Below are positions 1 to 9,287 of a stretch of 64,000 bases of DNA, in pieces. Source of the DNA: an uncultured delta proteobacterium (GTDB lineage Bacteria > Desulfobacterota > Binatia > Binatales > Binataceae); NCBI GenBank assembly GCA_963724765.1, contig CAVRVY010000003.1, positions 576,001 through 640,000 of the forward strand, given 5' to 3'. The notes under the pieces are model-generated. The model was not told where the DNA came from and made no database searches. It saw nothing but the letters and a program-made list of their open reading frames with translations. Made by a program: the position numbers and the translations under genes. Each line of letters begins with the position of its first letter. Position 1 is the first letter of the stretch.

Positions 1-73
1 GACTGGATCGGGTCTGTGCGGCGCTTGCGCGCGAGTTTACGGTTGCGCCGGTTGCGTTGGCGGGAGGCTGGGT

Positions 74-1516
74 TCATGGATTCACCTTTGGGGGTATCGT
101 CGTCTGATTGGTTGGCGCTATTGCATTCATCGGCGCCGCGATCGCGGCCGCCGGCGCCGCAACCTGGGTTGTGGGTGCGGCGACACGGATCGTCGCGCCC
201 CGCTCGTTGGCAGCCTGAGCAATCGGCGCGCTCGACCCGTCGACCACAGCCGGCTGCTGGCCAACCGCAGACGCCTGCTCGCCAACCGGGTACGGGCACA
301 CCGCGTTGAACGTGGTTACTACCTCGCTGCGATCGCGCACGATCACCTGTCCAACGGTCTGCTCCGACACGAGCGGTCCGTAGAGCGATGCGGGTACCGC
401 GAAATCCATCTTGAGCTCGCCCGCGTCCTTCTTCGGCACGATCACCGTGACCGTGCGCTGCGCCACCGGCTGCATCACTTCATTCGCGCCGACCCGCACC
501 TGCATCGGCAAAAGTTGGCCCTGCTTGACCACATCGACCTTCTCGAAGTTGTCGAAGCCCCAGTCGAGCAGTTTGGCGGCCTGCACGAAACGTTGTGCAT
601 TGGAGGGCGCGCCCAGCACTACTGCGATGAGGCGCATGTTGCCGCGCTCGGCCGTGGCGGTCAGGTTGAACCCGGCCTTCAGCGTGAAGCCGGTCTTAAG
701 CCCGTCGGCGCCCTCGAAGTGGCCAATCAGACGGTTGGTGTTGTGCAGTGTCGCAGCCCCGTTGTCAAAGGGCGCGGTCGCCATCGAAGACCACTGCAAA
801 AGGTCGGTTTGATGGATGAGCGCGCGGGCGAGCGTCGCCAGGTCGTACGCCGTGGTGACGTCGGCGTCGTGCAGCGGCGTGGGCGGCAAGCCCTCGACCG
901 TGCCGTAAACCGTGTGACTCATCCCGAGACTCTTCGCGCGCGCGTTCATCATCTCGACGCAGCGTGCGGTCGAGCCGCAAATCTCTTCGGCCACGGCCAC
1001 CGCGGCGTCGTTGGCCGAACGGATAAGCGCGGCCTTCATCAACTCGCCGAGCGGGATCACTTCGCCGGCACGCAAGCCGAGGCGTGAGCCGCCGGTGAAG
1101 GCGGCGTTAGCGCTGATCGTTGCAGCGGAATTGAGATGAAAGCGGCCGGCCTTGATCTGGTCCTCGGCGACCATCAGCAGCATCATCTTGGCCATCGAGG
1201 CCGGCGGCCATTCGATACCACCATTGTAATCGTAAATGATCCTGCCCGTGTCAGCGTCCTCGAGCAGCAGGGCGTGATAGGGTACGGTGCCGGTGCGTAT
1301 CTCGCGGTGGTGGCGTGACACCGCGTGCTTGTGATGGGGCTTGTAGGTCGCTCGCGCAGGCGCGGCGGTCATCAGTATGGTGGTCGCGGCAGCCGACAAC
1401 ACAATCGCCGCCACGGAGATCATTTGCGTCCGCCGAAGCCAGGTTGACACCGCCGTTCTCACCCTCGTCATCCTGACTCTGCCGACTCCGCCAACTCTGC
1501 CTGCCACCTTGTCCAT
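74..1516 (-). CDS. dacA: D-alanyl-D-alanine carboxypeptidase (peptidase S11, PBP5/6 family)
   Basis: SxxK (ASMAK), SxN (SAN) and KTG (KTGFT) motifs, C-terminal PBP5-type domain and signal peptide. The true start is probably downstream of 1516. Confidence 0.9.
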   Translation of the reverse strand: MDKVAGRVGGVGRVRMTRVRTAVSTWLRRTQMISVAAIVLSAAATTILMTAAPARATYKPHHKHAVSRHHREIRTGTVPYHALLLEDADTGRIIYDYNGGIEWPPASMAKMMLLMVAEDQIKAGRFHLNSAATISANAAFTGGSRLGLRAGEVIPLGELMKAALIRSANDAAVAVAEEICGSTARCVEMMNARAKSLGMSHTVYGTVEGLPPTPLHDADVTTAYDLATLARALIHQTDLLQWSSMATAPFDNGAATLHNTNRLIGHFEGADGLKTGFTLKAGFNLTATAERGNMRLIAVVLGAPSNAQRFVQAAKLLDWGFDNFEKVDVVKQGQLLPMQVRVGANEVMQPVAQRTVTVIVPKKDAGELKMDFAVPASLYGPLVSEQTVGQVIVRDRSEVVTTFNAVCPYPVGEQASAVGQQPAVVDGSSAPIAQAANERGATIRVAAPTTQVAAPAAAIAAPMNAIAPTNQTTIPPKVNP

Positions 1517-1560
1517 CCCGCCCCTCGTGTCTGTTGCCCGTGTATCGTCCCACCACGGCG

Positions 1561-2301
1561 TCAGCGCCCACGCGCGAAGTCAACCACGCGGTCCGAGGCG
1601 CGCTTTGCGCCGGCGTGTTCCGCGCGTTCGAGGATCGTCAGGTTCACGCGCGCCGGCGTGTAGGCTGGGTTCGCGCTGAGCAGGTCCGACCATTCCTGAC
1701 GCGCCAGCGCGTAGCGCCCCTCCTCCGCATAGATGAGGCCGAGCGTGTTGCGCGCGTCGACCTCCTGGGGATCGAGCCTGAGCGAAAACAACATCTCCTG
1801 CTCAGCATCGCCGAGCATCCCGCGCCGTTCATAGGTCAATCCCAGGTTGAAATGAGTCTCGGGCTGATAGGGCCCCAGCAAACTTGCCAGCCGCAAGACC
1901 TCGGTCGCGCCCTCGAGTTGACCGTCTTCGAGGTAGGCCAGTCCCAGGTTGAGAAAGACCTGCCAATCGTTCAACCCCAGGTCGACCGCGCGGCGGTATT
2001 CGAACAGTTCGTGTTGATGCTGCCCGGTGACGCCGTAAGCGAAGCCGAGATGATAGTGGGCAAGAGCATTGTCGGGGTGTTCCCGGATAACGGCGAGATG
2101 GCGGCGGATCGCCGCAGGGTAGTCTTCCATTCCGAGATAGTAATCGGCCAACGGGTCGCAAACCTGCGGGTCCGAAGCGAGGTTGCTTGAAGCACGCGCA
2201 ATAATCGGCCGCAGCATTGCCGAGCAAATCAGCAACACGACAAGGAGCCGAAACGCGCGGTAACTACTCAAAATCATAAGCCCGTTAGCCCAAAGCCACA
2301 C
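1561..2301 (-). CDS. Exported tetratricopeptide-repeat protein
   Basis: Repeated TPR units (AHYHLGFAY, VFLNLGLAY, THFNLGLTY, ARNTLGLIY) and a hydrophobic N-terminus. Start uncertain. Confidence 0.85.
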   Translation of the reverse strand: MWLWANGLMILSSYRAFRLLVVLLICSAMLRPIIARASSNLASDPQVCDPLADYYLGMEDYPAAIRRHLAVIREHPDNALAHYHLGFAYGVTGQHQHELFEYRRAVDLGLNDWQVFLNLGLAYLEDGQLEGATEVLRLASLLGPYQPETHFNLGLTYERRGMLGDAEQEMLFSLRLDPQEVDARNTLGLIYAEEGRYALARQEWSDLLSANPAYTPARVNLTILERAEHAGAKRASDRVVDFARGR

Positions 2302-2335
2302 GGGCTTTGCAAAACCTTAGCAGGAAAATGAAATC

Positions 2336-2373
2336 AATAAAAAGCGCGCGACGCCAAATGGCGTCGCGCGCTT
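2336..2373 (-). terminator. Rho-independent terminator
   Basis: Perfect stem AAGCGCGCGACGCC-aaat-GGCGTCGCGCGCTT followed by a U-tract on the minus strand, downstream of 2469..2789. Confidence 0.85.
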
Positions 2374-2468
2374 GAAGAAATGCCGTTTTGGGAGCACCAC
2401 AGCCTCACGCGGCCATGGTCAACCCGCTCAAAACTGAATCGTCAGCCCTGGAAACGGATCAGCCGCTA

Positions 2469-2789
2469 TTAGTTGCTGCCGCCAGCCGGAGGAACCGCCG
2501 GAGCCGCAGGAGCGCCCGTCGCGCCCGAGCCAGTCGCGCCCGTCGCTCCGGTGCCGCTCGTCGCGCCTGTAGCGCCGGTTTCACCCGACGTTGTGGACTT
2601 CTTCTTGTGGTGATGCCACTTGTGATGCTTCTTGGCCGCAGGCGACGCTTCAGCCGCCGGAGCCTCGGGCGCTGGCGCCGAGGCCGCCGGTGCGCCACCA
2701 GCCGAACCTGCATCTTGCGCCTGCACGGCCGGAACCATCAGGGCACCGGCGAAGAGCGCCGCACTCAAAATCGTCAGAGTCCGCTTCAT
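2469..2789 (-). CDS. Small secreted low-complexity His/Lys-patch protein (Asr-like)
   Basis: AAGGAG RBS before ATG 2789, Sec signal (..AVQA), AAKKHHKWHHHKKK patch, GAT repeats and its own terminator. Confidence 0.8.
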   Translation of the reverse strand: MKRTLTILSAALFAGALMVPAVQAQDAGSAGGAPAASAPAPEAPAAEASPAAKKHHKWHHHKKKSTTSGETGATGATSGTGATGATGSGATGAPAAPAVPPAGGSN

Positions 2790-2849
2790 ACCAATTTCTC
2801 CTTTATCCTTTGGCGGCTCCTGCTTTGCAGGCCGCATGTCCGATACCAT

Positions 2850-2865
2850 TGCCATTGCCGTGCCA
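2850..2865 (-). promoter_or_regulatory. Putative sigma54 -24/-12 promoter
   Basis: Minus strand reads TGGCACGGCAATGGCA (GG-N10-GC), about 60 nt upstream of ATG 2789. Confidence 0.6.
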
Positions 2866-2990
2866 TCTAAAAAACCGAGCCAAACCGCCCGACTGAGGAG
2901 TTTTGCACGATTTTGCCTGACGCAGTTCGTCTAGCCGTCATACGTTTTGCGTTGCTGGTTCGCCATATTTTCATCGCAAACCCGTGCTGC

Positions 2991-3734
2991 CTAACGCTCT
3001 ACTCGCACCGCCTCACCCTTGCGTCGCGCCCGGCGCAATCGCCCATGGAGCAAAAATAGCTCCCGGAAGGCGCGCGCGATAACCTTGAAGCTGGCACCCG
3101 ATTGCTCGCCAGCCACCCGTGGCAGGTGGCGCACCTCAACTTCGCAAATCTTCGCTCCCCGTCCAGCCAGCTGCGCCATCAGTTCGGCCGAGATCATCGC
3201 GCCCTTGGCCTGCAGGTCGACGCCCTCCAGCATCTCGCGCCGGAACAATTTCAGCCCACAATCGATATCGCTTATGCGGATACCTAACAAGAGCCTCATC
3301 AGCATCGTCCATGCCTTGCCGTTGACCCGCCGCATCAACGGGTCAGCGCGATGCGTCCGGTGCCCGACCACTACGTCGTACTCGGGAACCTTCGCCGCCA
3401 GACGGGCGATATCCGAAACCTCGAACTGGCCGTCGCCGTCGCACAGCACGATCCACGGCTGAGTGCAGGCGCGGATGCCCGAGATTACCGCCGCGCCATA
3501 GCCGCGATTGACCGCATGATGGACCACCTTGAGGCGAGGATGGGTGGCGGCGAGACGGTCGGCGATTTCGCCGGTACGGTCGCAGCTGCCGTCGTCCACC
3601 ACGACGATTTCGTGCTGCTGCGTGATCCTGGGAAGTTCGGCCTCGAGCGCCGTGGCCACCCGTTCGATGTTGCCTTCCTCGTTATGACAGGGCAGGAAAA
3701 CGCTGACACCGGACAGGTGAAGCGGCTCAGTCAC
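2991..3734 (-). CDS. Glycosyltransferase family 2 (polyprenol-phosphate mannosyltransferase-like)
   Basis: PCHNEE, VVDDGS, GYG, DGDGQ and DIDCG motifs. GTG at 3734 overlaps the upstream stop. Confidence 0.9.
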   Translation of the reverse strand: MTEPLHLSGVSVFLPCHNEEGNIERVATALEAELPRITQQHEIVVVDDGSCDRTGEIADRLAATHPRLKVVHHAVNRGYGAAVISGIRACTQPWIVLCDGDGQFEVSDIARLAAKVPEYDVVVGHRTHRADPLMRRVNGKAWTMLMRLLLGIRISDIDCGLKLFRREMLEGVDLQAKGAMISAELMAQLAGRGAKICEVEVRHLPRVAGEQSGASFKVIARAFRELFLLHGRLRRARRKGEAVRVER

Positions 3735-4203
3735 CAAGCGCGCGGTAGCCGCCGCGGAAAAAGACCAGCGGTTTGCGGTCGACGGTCGCCGCCTCCTGAA
3801 TTTCGCCGAGATAGATGGTGTGGTCGCCGCCGGCATAGGTCGCAGCGAGCTTGCACTCGAGATATCCCAGGGTGCCGTCCAGAATGGCCGCTCCATTGGC
3901 GCCCGCCCGATAGGCCACGCCCTCGAACTTGGGACCGCCGCTGACCGCGAAACGGCGCGACAGAGCTTCCTGGTCGTCGGCCAGTATATTCACCGTGAAA
4001 ACCTTGCTTTCCTCGAAAAAGGGATAGCTCTCGGCCTTTTTGTCGACGGAGACGAGCAACAGCGGCGGCTCCAGCGAGACCGAGGTAAAGGCGTTCGCGG
4101 TCAGGCCATAGTGCTTGCCGTCGCTGGAGACGGTCGTGATCACAGTCACGCCGGTGGCAAAATGTCCCATCACCCGGCGCAGTTCATTTCTATCAATAGG
4201 CAT
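3727..4203 (-). CDS. Flavin reductase domain protein (HpaC/RutF family)
   Basis: FATGVTVIT, SVSLEPPL and GGDH motifs. Confidence 0.92.
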   Translation of the reverse strand: MPIDRNELRRVMGHFATGVTVITTVSSDGKHYGLTANAFTSVSLEPPLLLVSVDKKAESYPFFEESKVFTVNILADDQEALSRRFAVSGGPKFEGVAYRAGANGAAILDGTLGYLECKLAATYAGGDHTIYLGEIQEAATVDRKPLVFFRGGYRALGD

Positions 4204-4323
4204 TGGGGGTACTCCGCGTTGGCGGATGCTAGCAGAGCGGTTTGCCGACGGTCAATTTAGGCCTCGGCAGACAAACCGGGCCGGCTGCACTGCGATCGCG
4301 TGCTCCGTCGGCACGCGCCCCAG

Positions 4324-4836
4324 TTACCATCCCGTGCGGTCGCGCGGCAGGACTTCGCGTCCGCCCAGATATACGTAGTCGAGGTCGAGCGAAGTCAGCG
4401 GCCGTTCGTTGCTGCTTACGCGGACGCCGAGCGGTTGGGCCACGAATATTGTATGGTCGCCGGCGACGACGCTGTTGACCACTCGCGCCTCGATCGAAAC
4501 CATCGCCAGCTTCAGCCACGGCACGCCGAGAGCAGGCGACAGTTCATACTCGACGTCGGTAAGGTTGTCGGGCCGGCGAGCCCGCGACGAGTAGAAATAG
4601 TCCTCCAGCACCTTGCCGCGCGCCCCAACCACGTTGAAGCCGAGCACGCGGGTGCGGGCCAATGCGGCGCACGAGAAATGATTGTTATCGACCGCCGCCG
4701 TGAACAGCGGCGGCTCGCCCGAAACCTGGGTCACCCAGGACGAGGACATCCCGTGATGATGGCCGCCATCGACCACGGTCAGCACGTAGATGCCGGTGGT
4801 AAGCGAGGCAAAGGCGCGTGCGAGATCGATATCCAT
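4324..4836 (-). CDS. Flavin reductase family protein (second, divergent)
   Basis: TGIYVLT, SWVTQVSGEPP and AGDH motifs. Confidence 0.88.
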   Translation of the reverse strand: MDIDLARAFASLTTGIYVLTVVDGGHHHGMSSSWVTQVSGEPPLFTAAVDNNHFSCAALARTRVLGFNVVGARGKVLEDYFYSSRARRPDNLTDVEYELSPALGVPWLKLAMVSIEARVVNSVVAGDHTIFVAQPLGVRVSSNERPLTSLDLDYVYLGGREVLPRDRTGW

Positions 4837-4855
4837 CGAAGCACCAGTTATTATC

Positions 4856-4910
4856 GCAAGTAATTATCGGAAAAAGTATTATTGCAAGTAATCCAGCAAG
4901 TAATCCAGCA
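4856..4910. repeat. Three GCAAGTAAT copies in an AT-rich divergent intergenic region
   Basis: Copies at 4856, 4884 and 4896; the last two form a tandem 12-mer GCAAGTAATCCA. Confidence 0.75.
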
Positions 4911-5008
4911 GGACCGGCCGTGTCAAAGACCATTGGCACAATTGACCCGGCGGCCAAGCTCTTCCAGAATAATCACGGGCGGCGGGGCAAGATGCGGGAA
5001 AAGATGCG

Positions 5009-6283
5009 ATGAAGCGTGAGTTGCGGCTGGCTTTTGGGCGAGCGATTTTTGCCGGCGCGATCGCGATTCTATGCGCGGCGAACCTATCGGCGCTGGATAA
5101 TCCGGCGGCCGCGGCTCCGGTAGCCGCGACGTCCGCAACTGCCACTCCCGCCGCAGCCGCAGCTATTGCGACGACGGAGGCGACGCCGGCGGCAGCCGCC
5201 GTCGCGACCCCAGTCGCGCCGGCTGCAGCCGCTCAACCCGCCGTATCGTCCGCCCCCAAGCCAGGCCAGTGGGTAGTGCTGCCGCCGGCCCAACCGGCGG
5301 CATCCGCGAGCCCGAGCCTCGCCGCGAATCCGGCCGCCACACCTGCCGCAGCCATCGCAACGCCGGTAGCGGTTGCGACGTCCACGGCGCCAGCAGCCGC
5401 TGTGGCACGCGCAACGCCGATACCAGCCGCCACGCCCGCCGCAGCGGGCGCAACGCCGGTAGCCCTCGCCACGCCCGCGGCGCGAGCGACCGCGGCGGTG
5501 GCCGCCGCGCCTACGGCGGCGCCCACCGCTGCGAGCCCGGCCGCGCCAGCTCTGTCGGCCAGTGGCGCGGCGATAAGCGCGGCCGCCCCGCCTGTGAACG
5601 CGACGCCAGCGGTTGCCGCCGGTACGGCGGCGACCGCTGGCGTCGCGCAGGGCGTGGCTCCGCCGCAGCCGAGCCTGGCGGCGCTCACGCCGCCCAGCCC
5701 GGCTGCGGCCGGTGCGGCTACGGCACCCGCAGGAAAACCCACGCCGGCCGCCGGCGCGGTCGCGAAAGATCGGCCGACCGCGGGCATGATCGCGCTGCGC
5801 GACACCAACGATCCGTCAATTTTGCGCAATCCGTATAGCTGGTCGGTGATGGTGTACAAGTCGCGGCACCGGCTCGTCGTCTATTATCGAGGACATCTCT
5901 ACAAAGAGTATCACGCTGTATTCGGGCGCAACCTCGACCCCGGGACCAAGCTGTGGTCAGGCGATCGCCGCACACCCGAGGGCGCCTACACCATCATTGC
6001 CAAACGGCTTAACTCACGCTGGCGCTACTTTCTGAAGCTCGATTACCCCAACACCGTCGATCGCGCCCGCTACGAGCAACTTGTCTCGCGGGGCGAAGTG
6101 CCGCGCATGCGTGGCCACGCGATTTCCGAGGGCGACGGAATCGGAATCCATGGCACCGACGAGCCGATCCTCAACACTGGCAACGTCAACTGGACCACCG
6201 GATGCATTTCGGTCGACAACGGCGCGATCGACGAGCTCGCAGTGCTTCTGCCGGTCGGCACGCTCGTGGTAATCAAGCACTGA
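5009..6283 (+). CDS. YkuD-domain L,D-transpeptidase family protein (YafK/DpaA-like) with long Ala/Pro/Thr linker
   Basis: Signal peptide, about 230 aa low-complexity linker, then GDRRTPEGAY, DYPN and IGIHGT...WTTGCI with catalytic His and Cys. Confidence 0.9.
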   Translation: MKRELRLAFGRAIFAGAIAILCAANLSALDNPAAAAPVAATSATATPAAAAAIATTEATPAAAAVATPVAPAAAAQPAVSSAPKPGQWVVLPPAQPAASASPSLAANPAATPAAAIATPVAVATSTAPAAAVARATPIPAATPAAAGATPVALATPAARATAAVAAAPTAAPTAASPAAPALSASGAAISAAAPPVNATPAVAAGTAATAGVAQGVAPPQPSLAALTPPSPAAAGAATAPAGKPTPAAGAVAKDRPTAGMIALRDTNDPSILRNPYSWSVMVYKSRHRLVVYYRGHLYKEYHAVFGRNLDPGTKLWSGDRRTPEGAYTIIAKRLNSRWRYFLKLDYPNTVDRARYEQLVSRGEVPRMRGHAISEGDGIGIHGTDEPILNTGNVNWTTGCISVDNGAIDELAVLLPVGTLVVIKH

Positions 6284-6356
6284 GACCGCGACGCGCGCCA
6301 TGGCCGATATGCCAGGCGCCAGACTCAATCTGGAAACCGTGCGAGGGAGTGATGCG

Positions 6357-7550
6357 ATGGGCCCGAATATTCCATTGATCGGTGAGTTCAACTTTACGCG
6401 CCTGGAGAAGGTGACCTTCGGGCCCGGCAAGGCCGCGGACCTCGGACGCGAGCTCGAGCGCCGACGGCTGAAGCGCGCATTGATCGTGACCGGCAAAACC
6501 TTGGGGGGCTCCAAGCTGCTCGATGAGGTGACCGGGGCGGCAGGCGCGCGGCTGGCGGGCGTGTTCAAGGGTGCAAGCCAGCACGTGCCCTCGCATACGG
6601 TTGCCGCGCTGGTCGAGGAGTACAAGCGCAGCGGCGCGGATTGCATGGTGAGCTTTGGCGGCGGAAGTCCGATCGACACGGTCAAGGTCGCCGCCAAGCG
6701 CATTTTGGAGGGCGAGCGTCCTGGCGCCGCAGCCGCGCATACCATCGAGTTCGAGGCGGCCGAGGTGGTGGGCGGACCCGACCTCATCCACATCGCGATG
6801 CCGACGACGCTCTCGGCCGGCGAGTTCACGCCGATCGGTGGCGTCACCGACGAGTCGAGCCACGTCAAGGGCGGCGTGGTCGATCCGCGCCTCGTGCCGC
6901 GCACGATCATTCTCGACCCGGAGCTGACGGTCGAGACGCCGGCCTGGCTCTGGACGGCGACCGGGATGCGCGCGATGGATCATGCGGTCGAGGTCATCTA
7001 TTCGTCGCGCCATCAGTTGATCGCCGACACGCTGGCGGCGCGCGCGATTTCGCTGCTGGTCAAGCATCTGCCGGCCTCGCTCAAGACCACCGGCGCCGAG
7101 TCGATCGCGCATCGCGGACAATGTCAGCTCGCGGCGTGGTTCTCGATCTTCGGCATCATGAGCACGCGGGTCGGCATCTCGCACGCGCTGGGCCATCAGA
7201 TTGGCCCGATGTGGGACGTGCCGCACGGGGTCACCTCGTGCATCACGCTGCCGCATGTGATGCGGTTCATGGCGGACGTCGCGCCGGAGCGCTTTGGGCC
7301 GATCGCCGAGGGACTGGGGGTGCGTTTCGACGAGCGTGACGCGCGGGCGGCCGCGATGGAATGCGCGGATCGGATGGCGAAGTTTATCGCGCAGTTCGAG
7401 GTTCCGCATCGGCTGCGCGATACCGGCGTGCCGCGGGAGGAGATCGGAACGATCGCGGCTACGGTGCTCGAGGAAGTCGAGCATTCGAGCACGGTCGGCC
7501 GCCCGGTGACGCGTGAGAACCTGATCAAGTTGCTGGAGGCGGCTTACTAG
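6357..7550 (+). CDS. Iron-containing alcohol dehydrogenase family protein
   Basis: GGGSPID, PTTLSAGE, AMDHAVE, SHALGH and PHG motifs. GAGGGAG RBS before ATG 6357. Confidence 0.92.
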   Translation: MGPNIPLIGEFNFTRLEKVTFGPGKAADLGRELERRRLKRALIVTGKTLGGSKLLDEVTGAAGARLAGVFKGASQHVPSHTVAALVEEYKRSGADCMVSFGGGSPIDTVKVAAKRILEGERPGAAAAHTIEFEAAEVVGGPDLIHIAMPTTLSAGEFTPIGGVTDESSHVKGGVVDPRLVPRTIILDPELTVETPAWLWTATGMRAMDHAVEVIYSSRHQLIADTLAARAISLLVKHLPASLKTTGAESIAHRGQCQLAAWFSIFGIMSTRVGISHALGHQIGPMWDVPHGVTSCITLPHVMRFMADVAPERFGPIAEGLGVRFDERDARAAAMECADRMAKFIAQFEVPHRLRDTGVPREEIGTIAATVLEEVEHSSTVGRPVTRENLIKLLEAAY

Positions 7551-7621
7551 ACAGTGGGCAACCGCACCCGGGGAGATCGCCATGAGTGTCGAGTTAGTCC
7601 ATATCCGGAGTCTGCCTGTTT

Positions 7622-9121
7622 CTAATCCCCACCGGCGGCAGCAGAGCGGGCGGACTCCGTGAGGCGCCGTGCGCGGCGATGCAAATACATATAGACCGGC
7701 ACGCCGCTTGCCACGATCAGCAGCCCGCCCCAGGTGTAGCGCGGTTTGACCACCAGCAGATCGGCCATCAGCGCGACCGCGGCCACGATATAAGCGGCCG
7801 GCAGCCATGGATAGCCCCACGCGCGGTAGGGGCGCGGCGCGTCGGGACGCCGCACGCGCATCACGAATACCGCGCCGACCGTGATGACATAGAAAATGAG
7901 CTGCGCGAAGATCACGTAATCGAGCAGCTCCGAGTAGGTGCCCGAGAGCGTCAGCACCGCGGCCCATACTGATTGCATCACCAGCGCCGCCGCCGGGACG
8001 CGGGCGCGGTTGAGCCGGCCGGCGGCGGCGAAGAACACGCCGTCATGCGCCATCGCGTAGAGCACGCGCGCGCCGGTCAGGATGAGTCCGTTGGCGCATC
8101 CGAAACCCGAAATCATCACCAGTACGGCGGTGATGACGCCGCCGGCGCCGCCCCACACGATCTGCATCGCCGCGGCCGCGACGCGATCATGCGGCGCGCC
8201 CGCTATACCGAGGGCGAAGACCTGCCGCCTGAGCGCACCGGCGCTGGGGCCGGGCCCCACTGCGGAGTTTGCGAGCACGGGTAGCTGGCAGAGGTAAGCG
8301 ACGTTGGCCAGGACGTAGAGCAGGATCACCACGCCGGTGCCGAGGGCAAGCGCACGCGGCAAATCGCGTTTGGGGTTGCGAATCTCGGCCGCAGTAAAGG
8401 TGACGGTCGCCCAGGCGTCGGCGGCGAACAGCGACCCGACCATCGCGGCGCCGAACGCGGCCAGGAAGCCCGTCGACCACTGTCCGGCGCCGAAAAACCC
8501 GTTGACGAAGTTTAATTCGACCGCGTTATGGTTGGGTGCAACGATACATCCGAGCAGGATTATCATCCCCAGCGAGAGCACCTTGGCGCTGGTGAAAAAA
8601 TTCTGCACCACGCGGCCCATGTCGAGCCCGCGCAGGTTGACGAAAGTGAGGACGACGATAACCGCGATCGCGCCGGCGCGCTCGGCGTCGAGCCCAACGC
8701 CCTGCCGTCCGAACCACATGGGGCCGCCCAGCGCCGGCCACAGCACCGCGCCGAAGCGCGCGAAGGCAACCGCGACCGCCGCGATAGTGCCGGTCTGGAT
8801 CACCAGCAACAGGGTCCATCCGAACAGGAACGCAGGCATCCGGCCGTAGGCCTCACGCAGGTAGACGTACTGGCCGCCTGCCTGCGGCATCATCGCGGCC
8901 AACTCTCCGTAAGCCAGCGCGCCGGCGATCGTCATCAGGCCAGCGGCGATCCATACCGCCAGCAGCGCGGCCGGCGAATCCACGTGGCGCGCGATATCGG
9001 CCGAGACGATGAAGATGGCCGAGCCGATCATCGAACCGGCCACGATCGTGATCGAGTCGAACAGCGAGAGATCCGCTTTCAGTCCGATGGATCCCGCCGC
9101 CTCCGCCGCCGCCTCGGCCAT
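7622..9121 (-). CDS. APC-family amino acid permease
   Basis: GSMIGSAIF, GGQYVYLREAYG and EIRNPKR motifs; about 12 TM segments. Confidence 0.93.
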   Translation of the reverse strand: MAEAAAEAAGSIGLKADLSLFDSITIVAGSMIGSAIFIVSADIARHVDSPAALLAVWIAAGLMTIAGALAYGELAAMMPQAGGQYVYLREAYGRMPAFLFGWTLLLVIQTGTIAAVAVAFARFGAVLWPALGGPMWFGRQGVGLDAERAGAIAVIVVLTFVNLRGLDMGRVVQNFFTSAKVLSLGMIILLGCIVAPNHNAVELNFVNGFFGAGQWSTGFLAAFGAAMVGSLFAADAWATVTFTAAEIRNPKRDLPRALALGTGVVILLYVLANVAYLCQLPVLANSAVGPGPSAGALRRQVFALGIAGAPHDRVAAAAMQIVWGGAGGVITAVLVMISGFGCANGLILTGARVLYAMAHDGVFFAAAGRLNRARVPAAALVMQSVWAAVLTLSGTYSELLDYVIFAQLIFYVITVGAVFVMRVRRPDAPRPYRAWGYPWLPAAYIVAAVALMADLLVVKPRYTWGGLLIVASGVPVYMYLHRRARRLTESARSAAAGGD

Positions 9122-9287
9122 GGCTGTACCTCCCGCTTGTAGGACGGACGCGGATGGGCCGTCGTGCCTCCGCCTCCCGCCACCATATAGTTGCTTTCGC
9201 CTGCTCGTTGATTTAATCCGAAAATCGGACTTAGCTCACCATCAGAGCGGCGTTGGAGAAAAATCCCACGACGGGGAGACTCATACG

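Noticed and set aside
6273-7967. 564-aa minus-strand ORF over the iron-ADH gene, and similar long antisense or off-frame ORFs (11727..13010, 33999..35246, 36992..38227, 45084..46331)
   Set aside because: Arg/Ala-rich shadow frames that largely overlap clearly identifiable genes.
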